From Microthyrium microscopicum (lineage: Eukaryota): a stretch of DNA of 64,000 nt. The stretch is from contig MU004233.1 in NCBI GenBank assembly GCA_010405405.1, forward strand, positions 65,067-129,066, read 5' to 3'. The notes under the pieces are model-generated. The model did not search any database and was not told the origin of the DNA. It worked only from the letters and a program-made list of their open reading frames with translations. The translations under genes were made by a program, and so were the position numbers. This document shows positions 38,401 through 52,195 of the stretch, piece after piece (the stretch's first letter is position 1; each line of letters opens with the position of its first letter).

Positions 38401-41400
38401 GCAAGCATAACTTCCATCTTTTGCAGATCGTCACGCTGGAGAATACTCGAGGCTGGAATGCTAGCTGGAGCGCTGACTGCTTTGCTGGCCACTGTCGGAG
38501 CTGCTTCATCACCTTCCTCGACAAGAACAATTTCATTGCCAGGGGATGCGATTGATCGTTCAGTTGTACTAGACTTGGGCCGGTCTTTGATGGCGTCAAT
38601 ATCTCCTTTGAGAGACTTGATGCCGTCTTTCAAGGTCTCAAGGATATCGTAGCAGACTGTAAGATCAATTGGCTTCTCAACCTTGTCCGCAAGCTCAGTC
38701 TTGAGTGTTTCCGAGTGTTCATTGAGAGCGTCGAGGATCTGACCATATGCCTGAGTGTGTGTTTCCGGGTTGTCGAGCTTCTTGAAGATGTCACCTCGTA
38801 GATCGTCCAATCCGCAGCGAACAGTGGTCATGATTTCTTCGTAATCGGCCTTGGTGTTTTCGCGGACATTATTAAGTGCCGCTGCGACCTTGGCTAACTC
38901 AACTTGTACACCTTGGAGCGTCTCAGGAGACATTCCGTGTCCCGTCGATAAAGCAGAGGCCTCTTTGATGGCGTCAAGTGTGCTTTGCAACGAGCTCATG
39001 ACATGTTCATCGGGTTCGCCGTCAACAGAACGTACCATGGCACCACCAGAAACACGATCCTTGAGTGACTCGAATTCAGCGAGAATAGTAGCAAGCATAC
39101 TACGCTCCTCATCGCCATCCTCGCCTACCGTACGGGTTTTGAGATCATCCAGGCACAGCCGAATATCTTCCAGCAACTCGCCGCTTTGTGATGAGCCCAT
39201 GCTGCCTGCAATGGTTGAGCGCAAGTGCTCAAGCTCAGCTTTCACCTCCTGCAAATCGCCATCACCGATCTTCGCCTCAAGAATATCGAAGCCCATCTTG
39301 ACAGCGTCTAGGATCTGTTCTTTATGGCCCTCGGAGCGCATGATGACCGTGTCACGAACACTCTCAAACTCTCCCTTGACAGCTTCGCCAAAGACGTGAC
39401 CCGACGGATCCGCAAGCGCACGAGAGCCTTCAGAAGAACGCATCTCCTCAAAGCCAGCATGTAGAGCAGTAAGCACAGCCTGATGATGCTGCTCGCTCTC
39501 AACACGAGTCAGCGCATCTTGGATGCTCTCAAATTGCTCGCGCACATAGTTCATGCTGAACCGCGCCTCACCCTGCGGGCCCGCCGCAATGGAGCTCTCA
39601 AGCTCCTTGAGCAGGTGGCTGACACCAGCGCGAATTTCATCGATAACCTCGTCTTTGCCTGTGACGTCCTGCGCGCGATCAACATACTGCTCGATATCTG
39701 ATCGCAGGGTCTCCTGGCCGTCTTTGAACGAATCGAGAAGCTGCTCAGTGTCTCGGCCATGGGCCGTAGAATACTCCTTAAATTGGAGATGGAGGTCGGA
39801 GATGATATCTTCGAGACCTTTGCGGATCTCATCGCCGAAACGACCAAGTGGATTGACTGACTCATCGAGAGCGCGTGTGACTGCGTCAAAGAGGTCATCG
39901 GCGCTGATCTCCAGTTGTTGAGTGGCATTCGGACCGTGCGCTGTTAGACCTGATTTTACAGCCTCCGCGACGATTTCTGGAAGTGCGTCAAGCTCGCGGC
40001 TACGTGTCGGTTCACTGGAAGCAGCCAGGGCGAGAGTGGGTTTATATTCATCCAGGCATTCTCGTACAGCACAGAGCACTTCATCACGAACTTCTTGAGC
40101 TTCGTTGATGGGTCGGGGCGGGTTAAAGGATTGCATGGCTTCGTGGATGGTTTCCATGATTTCTGCGCGGTTCAGGCCTTCAGTAGCCTCTGGTGCCGGG
40201 GAACGGTATTCTTCGAGCCCGGCTTTGAGGCAGTCGAGAATCTCATCACGCTCAAGGCCAATTTGCTGAATCTCGACGTTAGGTTGATAGGCTTCGTATG
40301 CTTCTTTGATCGCATCTACAATAGCTTCCTTGTCGAGATTGGTGGCTTGGTCGGCAACCGCATTGCTGGGCATGCGATCGAGGCCACGTTCAGTGAGGGC
40401 GTGCTTGACTACATCGTAGACTTCTTGGTTATCAACAGTGCCGCGCGAGATAGTGCTGCTGGAGCTCTGGCGGCGTTTTTCGCGCATAACTGTATCGAGA
40501 TGTGTCTTGAGCTCCGAGAGGCCTTCAGTGACGATGCGCGCAATATCTTGCTTGCCGGAGCCATCCTCAATCGCCTTTGCGGTAGAAGCTGGTTTTCTGG
40601 CCTCATCGATTTTCTGTGCAAGGTTTCGTCCAATGCCAAGTACTTCGGAGCGGAGATCGCGCTGCTGAGCCTTGACTTCGCTGATGACGGCCCCAGAATG
40701 GAAGACACTATCCTTGATTTTCTTGAGCAGCGCAATCATCTCTTCGCTGACAAACTCCTCTGGCTCTGGGCGACTGGCACCAGCAGTAGCAGAGGCAGTG
40801 CTCAAATCACGCGAGCCGAGGGTTAGTGCACCGGACTGCGATTCAAAAGAGAACGCACGTTGCTGCTGGCCAGATGGTCGCACGGGGTGCCCATTAGTGC
40901 ACACAAGAGCGCTGCTGGCAGGTCCAGCTTTAATGAACTCGACGAGATCCGCGACTTTCTTGGCAGTGTCGGTATTTTCGATGGTAGCCTTTTCGAGGAG
41001 CTTGCTAAGTCCATCGATGAGCCGCTCTTGACCGTCTTTTGTGACCATTTCGCGGATGATCTTCTCCAACATGGCGACGCTGGCAGCACCCTCAACTGAG
41101 TATGGGTTTGGACTACCAATGCGGCTGCCTATGCCATCATCGAACAGTGAGCCGGGGCTAGGAATGCGTGGGAGAGTGAAGGCGCGCGTTGCGGGTGGTG
41201 GAGTTGCATTTAAATTGTAGTTTGGTTGCCGAGAGCCAACACTAGCTGCTCCGCCAGTAGTGTGAGAAGAGTTATTGTTGGCTGGGAGATGAGTAACAGA
41301 ATGAAGCAAATCTTTTAGACTCTTGCGAATATCCTCGTCTCGAAGGTTGGTAGCCTCTCTGAGGCTTATAAGATCACTAGCATTGTCTTTGCTGCGACGA

Positions 41401-42133
41401 CTCAGCTGAGTCATTTCTTTTTGGAGGCTCGTTGCGATATTTGTCAAGCTTGAGATCTGTGTTAAAAGAGCATCGAAGCTCTGTGGGGCTCGAGGAGTCG
41501 AGTTGTTGCTAATATCTTCAAATGGAGGGTCTTTGTAGTCTCGAACAGTCATAGTTTGGAGAGCCAACATGGTTGCGGATGGTGGTGTGTTTTCGCCGAG
41601 TATTGACATCGGTGGACGAGAGGATGGTCGGCGACTGGGAGTCTCTTTCGATGGGGTTTCTGGAGAACCAGGCGGCAGAAAAGAAGGAGTGGGTGCTCGT
41701 TCCTGGCGCTCAGGCGAGCGTTCCGGTGTTCTGTTTCCATCCAGAACAGCTCGTATATCACGAACAGATTGGAGTCGGCGGTGAGTAGCACCTTTAATCA
41801 ACGATCGCTCCGGAGACCGCTCAGCGGATCGTTCTGGCATAGGATTTGTGGTATAATGAGAGGGAGTGACGCTTTCACGAGCCTTATCGGCAAGAAGCTG
41901 AGCAGCCTGGGCAATACCCGATGATGTTCCAGTCTTGACGGTCGGCGAAGCGGTTGATGGATTTAGCGGAAGAGGTGGAGGGTTTCTTGCTGGATCACTG
42001 GAATCCCACCTAGAGAAGAGTTTACGTTTCAGCGATTTTGTTGAGTCAACCATTAGAACAGTGGTTTTGCTTACATTGGTAGTTTCTTGGTGGGTGAGCG
42101 CTCTGGAGAGCGATCGCCATCTCGAGATGGCAT
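35412..42133 (-). CDS. very large acidic coiled-coil protein (type often annotated 'chromosome segregation ATPase family protein')
   Basis: 2270-codon open frame. Likely true start is ATG 42133 (MPSRDGDRSPERSPTKKLP), with an intron at ~42074-42011 giving MWDSSDPARNPPPLPLNP. Long heptad-rich regions. Confidence 0.85.
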
Positions 42134-44073
42134 CGTGGAATGGAGTGGCCTCTGGCCCGGCAACAGGATTAAGACGACAGGGCGCGCGACGGGAAGTTGT
42201 TGGATGAGCGATTGAAAAACTCACACTTCAGTTGAAGGCGAAAAATCACTGGTGAGAATGTAATATGAGGGTAACACGATAGTAGTAGTGGTGCGGTAAG
42301 CGGGCGGTAGGATCAATCAATTGGTAGGGGAGTGGAAGTTTTGATGTTGGATGATTGGGGTTTGGTTTGTTTACAATTTTGGGTCAGGGATTTGTAAACA
42401 ACCAGGAGCTTGGGCCATTCAACCGGGCCAGCGAGTCGCTCCTTCCTCCATCAACCAACCCCTGTCAGCCAATCATTCTCAGCCTCATGACGTTGAATTT
42501 TCGACGACTCCAACCAGACACGACAGTGCAGTCCAGACAACCTCGAGTTTGAGGCATTCGTCCCACCATGTGCTGTTCATGGCCAGCATATAAGACAACA
42601 TCCAGTACTATTCTACTGCCTATACAGTGAATATTGGCTTACCATCTCCGGGCGATTAGGGAACCCGGCTCTCCAAGAACAAAATAAACGAGCACTTTCA
42701 TCATCGAATACGTTGGTGATTGAAGAAGTCACTCTTTGATAAGTGTTATGACAGCTATCGTAATCGGTGTCAATAGTCGTCGGTAAAACTTAATAGTTTT
42801 TGTCCCCGAAGAACTAAGACACTGGAACAGCATTGGTACTAATCATCGGTCATGAAAATAATCTGTTTCGGATTGTTTTCACTCGCTCCTATTCTTTATA
42901 CCGTACTCTATCATCAAATACCTTTTCTACTATTGAGTACTTTAGATATAGCTACAAGATATTGGATATGACAGAAGTTGAAGAGTATGCTCTTTAGAAG
43001 GTGCAGTAGTAGACAAGCTGATATGGAAGTCGATGGAATCGTGACAATCTTTCTGTCGAGTGTCGACTCTTTGGCAGTACTATCACTTGTCTAGGTACGC
43101 ATGGGAAATTTTTGATCCGGCAAACCTTACGATATGTACGGTAACCAATATCAAGGCAATTCGAATTCAGCTCGCGACCCGTCCGTTGATACCCCTACAC
43201 GCCAATCTCTGAGCTGGCAACACTAAAACACACCACTTTAAGCAAATCCGCATCTACCTTCCTCAAAGGTCCAAATGATGATGATACATCAACTTGTGCT
43301 TCAAGAAATCGCCCCCCACAATCCAGCGAGATAATTCGGGTCCCCTCTTTCTAGCCAGAGCAGCTAACATTACCCCTCATCTCCAACTCGCACCATCTAT
43401 CCTGCATCCGGCGCAAAACAGACCATACTATCTTGTAAATCCACTCCCGGCACCGGGATGATAGCTCAAGAGATGAACGTTATCCAATGGGCTATACCAG
43501 GAGTAGACAGTCCAACCGGAGCCAGGAAGGCGGAAGCGCGGGTGATTCGTCTTGTACGACTGAGATCAACTCCAAGCTGCAAGCACGGGGAAAACAATCA
43601 CGCAGCAGAGGGATGAATCTGGACCAGAAGGGGAAAATTTGATAGTGGTTTTGTGCAGAATGTTGATGCACGTCGGGTGCTGTATACAGTATGCATATTT
43701 GATATGCTGAAGCACATTGGAGATTGAGCTTAGGCCTTCTCTTTATGGAGCATCGGGTAGGTTATCAGCCCAGTGAACGTTGCGAGATTAGTGGAAACTG
43801 GGGTATGGGGGTCAGATCTGTCTGGACTCTGCACCGCTCGTTTGGTTGTCAAATGTTAAATCGTGGGAGGCGTTATGGAAGGGTCCAAAATCACTCCGTC
43901 ATGAGGGGCCAAAAAGTCAATGGGAATAGGATTGGATTCTGTTGAGCTACTGCTGTTATTTCACTACATTCCACGGCGTTTGTTCTATAGGCTGCCGAAC
44001 ATATTTATATATTCTACCGGACCTGTCCTCATTTTATGCTGAATTGCTCAAACGCGATTGCGGAGGTATCACA

Positions 44074-46513
44074 ATGTTTTCGACAAATGTGGAACAAGAA
44101 CACTACATAATACCGGACATCATACGGACAAGACACCCGTTCGCCAGCTTGTCCGAAGATGAGATTGCTCAAACCGCATCTGCCATTCGAAGTCTTTGGC
44201 CCAAATCAGTCGACCTACAATTCAAGGCTTTGACCTTGCACGAGCCACCCAAGGCCGAAGTATTGGTATATCTTGAAGCGGAACACACTGGAGTCATCCT
44301 CCCCCAACTGCATCGTAAAGCATTTGTCAATTACTATATCCGGAATACAGTCAGTCGCTCCTGTTTACACTATCACTAGCGTCGATTAACTCATTTCGTA
44401 TAGAATCGATTCCATGAAGCGGTAGTCAACATCTCAAGACATGTAGTTGAGCGTAATGTCAGACTCGGGCCAAATATACATGGCCCAGCAGATGGAGAAG
44501 AAATTTTGGCCATGGAAAGAATCGCTCTAGATGATGAAGGTGTCCAAAGACAAATTCAAAAGCTAAAGCTCCCGGCGGGAACGGTTGTAGTGATTGATCC
44601 GTGGATATACGGTTCGAAAACCCAAACCTTTTGATATGCCATTGCTCACTAACATTATAGGCTCCGATGGTGTGGAAGATGATGACAGAATGTATCAATG
44701 CTTCCTGTACATGCGAGATCCTACCAACTCTGAGGAAGCTGATTCAAATCACTACGCATTTCCTCTACCAATCTCACCTGTTATCAGCACTTTGAATAGA
44801 AAAGTCATTCGAATAGACATGATCCCAACTGGAGCTGATAGTCGAGTGCGAGATGTGCAGCCATATGTTCCGAGGCTGCCGAATGAGTACATCTCAGAGC
44901 ATCAAGATTTACGAACTGATCTCAAACCTCTGCATGTTGTTCAACCAGAAGGCGTGAGCTTTCAGGTCATGGAGCAGGATGGCACAAACATCGTCGAGTG
45001 GCAAAAGTGGCGGATACGAGTGGGATTCAACCAGAGAGAAGGTGTGGTTCTTCACGATGTATGTATTTTTCTCATAGTATATCCAGCTGATTGTTGGAAT
45101 TTTCAAAATCTTGAGTCCGTCACTGACGAGTAAAAATAGGTACGCTACGACAGTCGATCATTATTTTATCGAGTATCTCTTTCAGATGCCAACATCCCTT
45201 ACGCAGATCCTCGTGCCCCTTTACACAGGAAAAGTGCTTTCGATCTCGGCGATGTAGGCGCTGGAATCATGTCCAACAATCTCAAGCTAGGCTGTGACTG
45301 CCTTGGCTCTATATACTATATGTCTGGTCTCTTAGCAGACGATAAAGGTCAACCCATGCCCATGCCAAATGTTATCTGCATCCACGAACAGGACGGAGGA
45401 ATTGGTTGGAAACACACCAACTACCGTACAGGACGCGCATCCGTCGTTCGTTCACGAGAGCTAGTCATCCAAAGCATTATCACCGTAGCCAACTATGAAT
45501 ACATTCTCGCTTTCAACTTCAATCAAGCGGCCGAAATGCACTACGAAGTCCGCGCAACCGGCATTCTCTCCACCCAACCCATCGACGCTGATGTTGGTGT
45601 TCCATATGGGACCATAATCCATCCTGGAGTTCTAGCTGTTCACCATCAACATATATTCTCTCTCCGCATTGACCCACACATCGATGATTCTCCCAACAAC
45701 CGCCTCGTCTACACTGAAGCACACCCTATGTCCATCAACGAAATCAATCCTCACGGTACGGGCTACACTATTCAGCAAACACCCATCAATACTTCTGGCG
45801 GCTACGACCTGGATTTCCAGCACAGCCGCGTCTACGCCATCCAAAATACCTCCTCCCTCAACCCCATCAACAATCTCCCGGTAAGCTCCGCGTATCAACC
45901 CACATTTTCTGCCGATGTATCAAGGGAGTGTTGACTGCCAGCATTTTGGTGGCTTCAATAGCATGTATCCTTGCTCGAGTGCTATGCTCCCAACAGATGC
46001 GATTGCTTCTGTGACGCATTTATTCATACTAACAAATCTCAGGTCAGCTACAAAATCAGTCTCCCACCTGTCCAGCCCATCCTCGCAAATCCATCTAGCC
46101 TCAACGCCAAGCGCGCTGAGTTTGCCGACCACGCGATCTACGCCGTCCGATATCGCGAAGACGAGCTCTATGCTGGTGGACGCTACACAAACCAAAGCCG
46201 GGGAGGAACAGGTGTATCCTCCTGGGCGGCGCGGAATGATGATATACTGAATCAGGACTTGGTGTTGTTCGTTCAGTTTGGGCTGAATGATGTGCCAAGG
46301 TGTGAAGACTTTCCAGTGATGCAATGCGAGAAGGTGGTGGTGGGCTTTAAGCCTGTGAACTTCTTTGGCAGAAATCCGGCAATTGATGTACCTCCTAGCG
46401 AGCAACAGGTCAATAAGAGCGTTGGCCTCAATCAGGAAGCAGGAAAGCATATGCAAGGGGCGGCGCAATTAGTGATTGAGGATGGAGGGTGCTGTGCTGG
46501 TTCTAAGCTCTAA
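44074..46513 (+). CDS. copper amine oxidase, peroxisomal (C-terminal SKL)
   Basis: HPFASLS, WQKW, AFDLGD, LKLGCDCLG, TVANYEY (TPQ site), HHQH, EDFPVM. Five introns. Confidence 0.93.
45881..46042 (+). mobile_element. introner-like intron (162 nt) in the amine oxidase gene
   Basis: GTAAG...CTAAC...CAG, in frame. TCGAGTGCTATGCTCCCA..ATGCGAT matches the family core (TCGAGTGCTATGGTTCCCA at 62809). Confidence 0.6.
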
Positions 46514-47136
46514 GAGGCTTGGAGGTGTAGAGAGGGATAGAGAAAGATTGTTTCGTGATATGACTGATGATTTATGCTTACGACTGGGGACGAGAAATGA
46601 TGGACTAATTTAACTATCAGCTATAATGCATTTTTTAATGCGAGAGGATTGGCTCTGGTGGATCGGTTGACTGTACAATTCTTTTATCTACCTAGTCCAT
46701 CAAGCCCATTAAATTTGTTTGCCTGGACAACTTACTGGGCAACAAGTCGGCAAAATATGGCGCACCCCCATCAGGTTCGCCGACTCCAGACGCTCCGCTC
46801 TTGTATTGAGTTCTTCATTTGCCGTGAAGGACGCTTAGATTCGAATGAGTTATCGAATACGACGGGAAATATAGCACCTATTGCTTAAGGCCGTTGGTGG
46901 CAGCTATCAGAGTAGATGGGAGAGCGCCATTCGTTTTGTCACGTCGTTGACTGAGAATTTTCTGTTTTTCCTCTAATATGAGCTGCTGCTAACGAGAATT
47001 CACAGCCGCAAAAATGTTCGATTAGCCTTGAAGGTCAGCCTTATCAACTCAGGCATTGACCAATCACAACTGACAAGGCTGAAAGTGGGCAGGGGTTCTT
47101 TTCACGTGACTGCGCGGTTCTCCTTCGCGAACTTAG

Positions 47137-47142
47137 ACGCGT
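47137..47142. promoter_or_regulatory. MCB element (ACGCGT) upstream of MSH2
   Basis: Exact MluI box ~60 bp before the MSH2 ATG, with nearby CGCG cores. MCB control of replication and repair genes is established in yeasts. Confidence 0.45.
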
Positions 47143-47203
47143 TACCTTTTCCAACTTCAAGATCATTTCACTGAATGCCAAACTCCGTTTCCCACCCAAC
47201 ACT

Positions 47204-50059
47204 ATGTCGTCAAGACCGGAATTGAAGGTCGATGATGAGCTAGGCTTCATCAAAGCTTTCAAAGGACTTCCTACCCTTGAAGAAGGAACGATCCGCTTAT
47301 TCGACCGCAGCGATTACTACACTGCGCATGGCGAGAACGCCGTGTTCATAGCGAAATCAGTGAGTGTAACTTCTAATGGAGGCAAGCTAGCATAGTCGCT
47401 GATAAATGACAGGTCTATAAAAGCACGTCTGTGCCTCGTCAACTTGGTCGCAATCCTGGCCTCGATTCAGTCACACTTTCCAACACAGTCTTCAAAAGCT
47501 TCCTTAGAGACGCTCTCTTCAGACTGGGCAAACGGATTGAGATATGGGAGAACTCTGGTCGCGGAAATTGGAAGCTTGCGAAACAAGCAACCCCTGGAAA
47601 CTTACAGGACATTGAGGATCAATTAGGGGAAAACATCGGCGAGCAAGCACCAATTATACTTGCAGTCAAGATCAGCGCCAAAGCGTCAGAGGTCCGACAA
47701 GTCGGCGTTTGCTTTGCAGACGCAACTGTCCGCGAGCTAGGCATCTCAGAGTTTTCGGACAACGAGCTGTACAGCAACTTCGAGTCACTTCTCATCCAGC
47801 TTGGTGTTCGGGAATGCATTGTTCAGGCAGATACGAACAACAAAGATGTTGAGTTGAAGAAGATCCGCTCAATTGTGGATAATTGCGGCTGCGCTATCAC
47901 AGTTCGATCTTCTGGGGACTTTGTTGATAGAGATGTTGAGGAGGATCTCACCAGACTCCTCAAGGATGAGAGTGCCCCAGGACGATTACCACAGACTGAC
48001 CTGAAGCTGGCCATGAGTTCTGCCGCTGCATTGATCAAATACCTTGGTCTCATGTCACAACAATCGAACTTTGGACAGTATGCGCTATATCAGCATGACC
48101 TTGCACAATACATGAAGCTGGATGCTGCAGCTTTACGCGCCCTCAATCTCATGCCAGGACCTCGAGATGGCTCCAAAACCATGAGCTTGTTTGGTCTCCT
48201 TAACCATTGCAAGACACCTATGGGCCCACGCTTACTGGCACAATGGCTCAAGCAACCATTGATGTCACTGGATGCCATCGAAAAACGACAACGGCTTGTC
48301 GAGGCGTTCGTTGAAGATACCGAGCTTCGGCAGACCATGCAGGAAGAGCATCTGCGATCAATGCCGGACTTGTTCAGGCTGACGAAGAAGTTCCAACGTA
48401 ACAAAGCTGGCTTGGAGGATGTCATCCGAGCATACCAAGCAGCATCAAAACTCTCCGGTTTTCTCGGAACATTTGAAGGTGTTATGGATGAGAAATACAA
48501 GGACCATTTGACGGCAGAATATATAACGAAACTGGAAGAATGCAACAATAGCCTTGGCAAGCTTCAAGAAATGGTTGAGACAACCATCGATCTTGATGCT
48601 CTTGATGCTCACGAATATATCATCAAATCCGAGTTCGACGAGCGATTAAAGGTGATCAGAAAGAAGCTTGATCGTGCCAAGGGTGAAATGGAGGAGGAAC
48701 ATCGCCGGGTGTCTGAAGATCTTAATCAAGACATGGAGAAGAAGTTGTTCCTGGAGAACCAAAGAGTTCATGGATGGTGTTTTCGGCTGACTCGTGCTGA
48801 AGCTGGCGCTATAAGAAACAAGAAGGATTACAAGGAGATTACTACTCAGAAGAACGGCGTCTATTTTACCACCAACAACATGCAAGATCTTCGACGGGAG
48901 CATGATCAACTTTCAGAGAACTACAACAGAACACAAAGTGGACTAGCATCAGAAGTTGTAACTGTTGCAGGTATGTCATTAAGCTCTCTTCTTCTCACTC
49001 ATCGACTAACATAAAGCAGGATCATATTGTCCTGTTCTAGAAAAGCTCGCTGGCGTCCTCGCTCATCTTGATGTCATAATCTCTTTCGCACACGTTTCAG
49101 CACACGCGCCAACGCCATACGTAAAGCCAAAGATGCACGCCCGCGGCACTGGTAACACCATCCTCCGCGAAGCCCGCCATCCATGTATGGAGATGCAGGA
49201 CGACGTCAACTTTATCACGAACGACGTAACTCTCGAGCGTGGATCCTCCGAATTTGCCATCATCACTGGCCCCAACATGGGCGGCAAGTCCACTTATATC
49301 CGCCAAATTGGTGTCATCGCCCTAATGGCCCAAACCGGCTGTTTCGTACCCTGCAGTGAAGCCGAGCTGTGCATATTCGACTGTATCCTCGCCCGTGTAG
49401 GCGCCAGTGACAGCCAGCTCAAGGGCGTATCAACATTTATGTCTGAGATGCTTGAGACTGCCAACATCCTTAAATGCGCGACTCGCGAATCCCTAATCAT
49501 TATTGACGAGTTAGGTCGCGGGACTAGCACATATGATGGCTTTGGACTGGCATGGGCAATCGCAGAGCATATCGTAAAAGAAATTGGCGCCTTTGCGCTG
49601 TTCGCTACGCATTTCCACGAGCTGACTGCACTGGCTGATCAATGGCCACAAGTCGCCAACTTACATGTCGTGGCGCACGTGGATGGCGATGACCGCCCAG
49701 GGGGCCAGCGCCAAGTGACGCTTCTCTACAAAGTCGAGCCAGGTGTCTGCGATCAGAGCTTCGGTATCCACGTTGCAGAATTAGTACGCTTCCCAGAGAA
49801 GGTGGTCAACATGGCTAAGCGCAAGGCCGATGAGCTTGAAGATTTCGAGGGCAAGCACGAGCAGGGAATGGAGTCTATTGCACCGGCGGATGTGGAGAAG
49901 GGCAGTGAGCTCTTGAAAGAGGTGCTAGTCAAGTGGAAGGAAGCCACGGAGGGAAAGGATATGTCGACTGAGGAGCAAATTTCGAAGATGCGGGAGTTGG
50001 TGGATGGTAATCAAGCGTTGCTTGACAGTCCTTTCTTCAAGGGCGTGCTGGCGTTGTAA
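47204..50059 (+). CDS. MSH2: DNA mismatch repair protein Msh2
   Basis: [12 protein letters not shown] start, DYYTAHG, Walker [41 protein letters not shown]. Two introns. Confidence 0.97.
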
Positions 50060-50981
50060 GATTATCAAAATTGCGCGTTCTAATACCCATCCTTCAAAGG
50101 TAGCTAGGCATTGGGCGAACGAGATGCCGTGATGTCGTGTATCAAGTACCTGTATATCTAATGATCAGAACCTCTATGTTCCATGTGTTATGCCTTAATG
50201 TAGTTCCGCGAACCTGGTCTTCGATCGTCCAAACATTAAATAACAAGAAAAGTAAGATAGGAATTGACAAAAAGTTCACCACCCAACTCTTTCGAGTCAG
50301 ATGGCTATGAAAATCAGGTGAACTGATTTTACTTTATTAGTGTTTTTTTGTTTTTGTTTTTGTTTAGCTTGTCGTGGAATTGAACCGGAGGCATCGTGAT
50401 TGTCGTGTATTATTATCTTGCTGAGGTGGCTGCTGTTCTGCATCAGGTTAGCATTATCAATACCAGCGGATAATGCGTCCCCTTCATCTGCGCCATTTGA
50501 ACCTAATATCGTTACGGGATTAGTACGTCAGATATTGCCAACAGTGTGTATATATAAAGCAGTATTTCCGACCAAATGGTAGCTAAGGCCTCGCAACTCT
50601 CCAACACAATTTGATGGGATGATGGCAGCCTAGTGACTTCGTGGACAAGATCATAGGCTTCAGGATATATGCTACATCCCAATTCTTTTGTCTAAAAGAG
50701 GTTCTGAGATATCAGGACTAGGTACATATGGAGTTTTGGCTCGTACTTGCCGTATTCTTATTCAATATAAAGCAGTCATTACCTGTTGAATTTCAGCAAG
50801 AACCGCTCACGAATCATCCTTGGATCCCTCAAACTCTCAGACCTCTCAACTCTTCTGCTCATCATCTCCAACCCTTCTTCATAAACCTTACCATCTTCAT
50901 CCTCGGGCTCTCAGCAATGCAAAATTTCTAAACCCACATTCATTTCCATCGTCGGACCCACCTTGAAGCGCCTACCAACTC

Positions 50982-51709
50982 ATGAATCACTACGATTTCA
51001 ACGATCAGCATTACTGCAACCCCCTACATCACCACTCCAACATAGCTTGCCCACCTCCCTACCAGCAACCTAAAGTAATGCGAGTCGAACACAAGCCAAG
51101 TCTCGCTCTCCCAGCTTCCCACCATACCAGCAATAGAGGGTTTTACAGCCCGGCATCAGACGATACGTTCTTTACCGCCCCACTCGTTCCCGCCCAAGAC
51201 ATCGTTTCTCGCCCATCGCCTGCGATGGGCCCCAGAAGAGGCGATGGGGAAATCGCACATTTGCCAAGAGGACGATCCGCGAGACGAAGTGCGTTTCCGG
51301 GACGTGGAATTCGGCTGGGAAAGCATGTTTCTGAGAGGAAAAGAGATGACATGCCGTATGTTTCGATCGTTCCCAGCCTTTTGGAATTTTGCTCAAACTC
51401 CCATCGCATTCGATGGTTCCCATCGTATCTGTTAATTATCACCGTCGATGGGCGCCATCGCATCTGATGGGAAATTTGCGTTTTTTGCTGCCCATCCGTT
51501 TCCCTTTGAAATTCACTGTTCTGATGGTGCTAATGCGATAAATCTGCAGGCCAGCCAAGATCAAAATGCACATATATCTCATCAAGATGGAACTCCGATG
51601 GCTCAAATTCCAGAACAAACATCCCATTCTACGAAGTCAACGACGGATGGATTCGCGAGCTGGACGAATTCGACGGAAAATGGATCGATTGTTTGCCATG
51701 ACAAAGTGA
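50982..51709 (+). CDS. hypothetical protein
   Basis: ATG 50982. Removing intron 51356-51549 joins an open basic C-terminal exon ending at TGA 51707-51709. Confidence 0.5.
51356..51549 (+). mobile_element. introner-like intron (194 nt)
   Basis: GTATG...GCTAAT...CAG. Contains CCCATCGCATTCGATGGTTCCCATCG...CGATGGGCGCCATCGCATCTGATGGG, the family core in nested hairpins. Confidence 0.7.
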
Positions 51710-52195
51710 TTGATGGGTCCGAGTCGCTGTTTCTTGAAATGGCCGAGCTAGTCTTTGGGAAGGAGGGTTTTGGGAAGAGAAGAGTGTGGTGATGATCAAA
51801 TCCTACGAATGACGGAAGTGGAAACTATTGGTAGATTGAGTGAACAGAGAGAATGGTAAATTGTTGTGTTGGACTAGTTGTTCTCATATGACGTGATGAT
51901 GCTGTGCTTGTGACTTGAGCTTGTGTTGAGTATGGGTTGGGTCTGGAGTGATCAGAGGCTTCCCTGATTTGAATGCGGTGTGTAATGGGTTTGATAGGAG
52001 TTCAAGGAGCCGAAGCTGTTGATTATATTACAACAAGGCTCTATGTTCACTCTCGGAGGTCAAGGCAAAAGTTTCAATCACCAATATATTCAATTTCACT
52101 AATCAAGCATAAATCAATGGGGTATCAACCATCCAGTAGCCAACTCCAAACCAAAAAGCATTCATCATACTACTAATAACATGCATCATCTGTCT

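Noticed and set aside
35491..42207. Many short ORFs overlapping the large coiled-coil gene
   Set aside because: Antisense or alternative-frame shadows of a long coding sequence.
42134..42224. N-terminal part of the 2270-aa ORF
   Set aside because: Starts at a non-ATG codon. An ATG at 42133 plus a canonical intron gives a better model.
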